Shown here piece by piece: positions 62,100 through 64,000 of a DNA stretch of 64,000 nt (positions are counted from its first letter, which is position 1; every line of letters starts with the position of its first letter). The DNA is from Klebsormidium nitens (Eukaryota > Plantae > Klebsormidiophyceae). Position numbers and translations under genes: made by a program. Location: the NCBI GenBank assembly GCA_000708835.1, contig DF237000.1, positions 210,706-274,705 of the forward strand, written 5' to 3'. Under the pieces are notes generated by a model. That model saw only the letters and a program-made list of their open reading frames with translations. It did not search any database and had not been told where the DNA came from.

Positions 62100-62933
62100 T
62101 CACCGATCTATTGAAGCCCCCTGTTGCAGGTTTTCTAACCTTTCAATTCTGGCCTTGCTCGTCTCAAGGTCCTCCTTCGACTTGTCAGACTGCCTTTGCA
62201 GAACCTCAACACTCCGCTTCAGTTGCTCTACTTCTTCCTCAATCGCGTCATCCGTCACTGTGAAAACACCGTGCGCTACTCTAATCAGCCGCCAAAGATT
62301 CAGGATCACCAGCAACGCAAGCACTTCGCTGTCCAGAAAGATCTCTAGAAACAAGGCGGTCGGGATGATCGCAAGGTCTAGCACATACCCGGGGTGTCGG
62401 AAAAAGTTGAAACCGAAGGCGACGAGTAGAAGAAGTAGGTTCAAGCACAAGAGGCCCAGGATTCCTGTGCTGGTGAAGAAGAGCGGCTCGTGCTCCGTAC
62501 TGTGGGGCTCCCAAGGTGTCGGCTGAGAGCACTCCTCCAGAAGCAATCTGCACTCCTTGACGTCATTTGCTTTTGTATGGAGCGTCAGCACTATGTCCAC
62601 CGACGTTGCCACCACATCGACCAGGATCAGAACTAGGATGGTCAAATGCGCAAAGTCCGACTCCAAGGCTTTCCCCAACTTGTGCCGCCAGCTCTGTCGG
62701 TCTTGGATGCGTGGGTGCAGGTCGTGCGGCCTCAAGAAGTCTGGCCAACGAGACCCCTGTCCCTGCTTCCCCTTGCTCGACAGGTTATCTATGGCAGCGT
62801 GCACAGCTCTCCAATGATGGTTGGGGTGGCCAACGTCGATGGCGGTGTCGCGAGCTGACGGTCTTTCGGAGCTGACCCCAAGTCCAGACGCGGTTGGCTG
62901 TGTTCCGGGGGCTGATGAGTGAGGAGGCTCCAT
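62100..62933 (-). CDS. HVCN1: Voltage-gated proton channel Hv1/HVCN1-like (~277 aa; coding region uninterrupted)
   Basis: Four TM segments. S1 carries the selectivity Asp (LILVDVVATSVD); S2-S3 read FFRHPGYVLDLAII; S4 reads NLWRLIRVAHG (xxWRxxR with W); a C-terminal coiled coil follows (EEEVEQLKRSVEVLQRQ...RIERLE). No pore domain. The ATG at 62933 is directly preceded by an acceptor-like CTCTGCAG, so an upstream exon is possible. Confidence 0.9.
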   Translation of the reverse strand: MEPPHSSAPGTQPTASGLGVSSERPSARDTAIDVGHPNHHWRAVHAAIDNLSSKGKQGQGSRWPDFLRPHDLHPRIQDRQSWRHKLGKALESDFAHLTILVLILVDVVATSVDIVLTLHTKANDVKECRLLLEECSQPTPWEPHSTEHEPLFFTSTGILGLLCLNLLLLLVAFGFNFFRHPGYVLDLAIIPTALFLEIFLDSEVLALLVILNLWRLIRVAHGVFTVTDDAIEEEVEQLKRSVEVLQRQSDKSKEDLETSKARIERLENLQQGASIDR

Positions 62934-64000
62934 CTGCAGAGCAGAGAGAGAGCAAGTGGTTAGGGAACTCTGCAGAGTAAGCAAGGGCAGCCAAGTGCTT
63001 TCCAACAAATCTTTCAAGCCCTTGCCACCCTTGACCGAGTCTGGTAAAGGGGTGGGGAAAGTGCAAACTCGAATGAGCTTGCATACAGGGAGTGCTGGGC
63101 AACATAAGGAAAGGAACGCTTTCCATTACGGCAAGAAGGGTGGTATGTAACAGCAGCAGGACGGGCAGTTTCCGGCGCTAAAGGCCGGCAACCGAGCTGA
63201 GCACTAAGGACAACGGGTGTAGTCAAGCTGCCTTTGTGAAGAAGAAAGAGCGGATCACAGCTATACCAACAGTGTATCTGCTCAAAGCGAGACCTTTCCG
63301 TTGCAGCTTGCAACTCCAACGCCAAAATGACGGACACCATCGCAGCCTGCAAGCCAAGTAACCATGAGGGGCAATCAATAGTCGGCAGCCCTTTGATCAT
63401 GATGGCTTCGACTAAGGTGCTAAGAGTTGCCCTGACTGTGGAAGACTGACGCCGCATTCCTCGAAGTTCTTGCTCACCTGAGTTCTTGGTGGTCGCAGAA
63501 AGGGCTCCTGCATGCTCCAGTTGCCAAACCTTGTCTGTCACTGTTCAAAGCTTTGGCAACTTTCCCCTGGTTGGTTGTGACTGTCAAGCTGCAAGGTTGC
63601 CGGAAGACAGCAGCGAAAGCATTTACCAGTCCATTGCTGAACTGCTGGCTTACAGCCCTCTAAACTTTCCCTCCAATGCCATCAACCAGTTCCAAAGCTT
63701 GCGCTGCAATGTCTACTTAGGCCTGAACGACGCACGCACGGTGTAGCCACTTCAAAAGTGAGCCTGACATCACTGTATTGCAGCCGCCGCCACAAGAAAA
63801 CAAGAGCTCTTCTGAATGGGGGGAGCAAGCAAGCGAGCTTGAACTTGAAAGTTCAAGTTGAAGTTGAAGCAGAGCTGCCGTGCCGCTGCGCGGCCGCGCG
63901 ACGAAAGCGAATCTGCGGCCGCGGCGCCGAGCCGCGGCAAAGTTGGGAGCAGCCCGGCGGCCGCGAATGGATGTGGGGTGGATGAACGAGACCCTACTTA

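Noticed and set aside
63840-64000. GC-rich stretch at the window end, possibly the start of another gene
   Set aside because: Too short and truncated to support a call.

Overview
Eukaryotic, intron-rich, roughly 50% GC nuclear DNA. Plant-type orthologues together with a cilia-type gene point to a streptophyte alga, most likely Klebsormidium-like (inference). I could splice seven genes by hand with consistent GT-AG phases: (1) the 3' part of a DUF1995/adenylate-kinase-5-type chloroplast gene (+); (2) a C11orf65/MFI-like gene (-); (3) plastid GNAT7-like acetyltransferase (+); (4) a secreted Cys-rich protein with a Root_cap domain (-); (5) a very long CABIN1 (-); (6) a BASS5/6-type plastid transporter (+); (7) an Hv1-type voltage-gated proton channel (-). 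The window also holds a TA-flanked TIR element around an assembly gap, a 7-kb decayed tandem array with an F-box-like motif, and a decayed inverted partial copy of CABIN1 25 kb from its parent. The most striking pattern is that introns in at least 4 of the 7 genes contain tandem, decaying 'echo' copies of the adjacent splice junction plus exon edge. Some of these keep intact, in-frame splice sites. A separate 6-copy array has units that look like complete 65-nt cassette exons. No rRNA, tRNA or CRISPR was seen.
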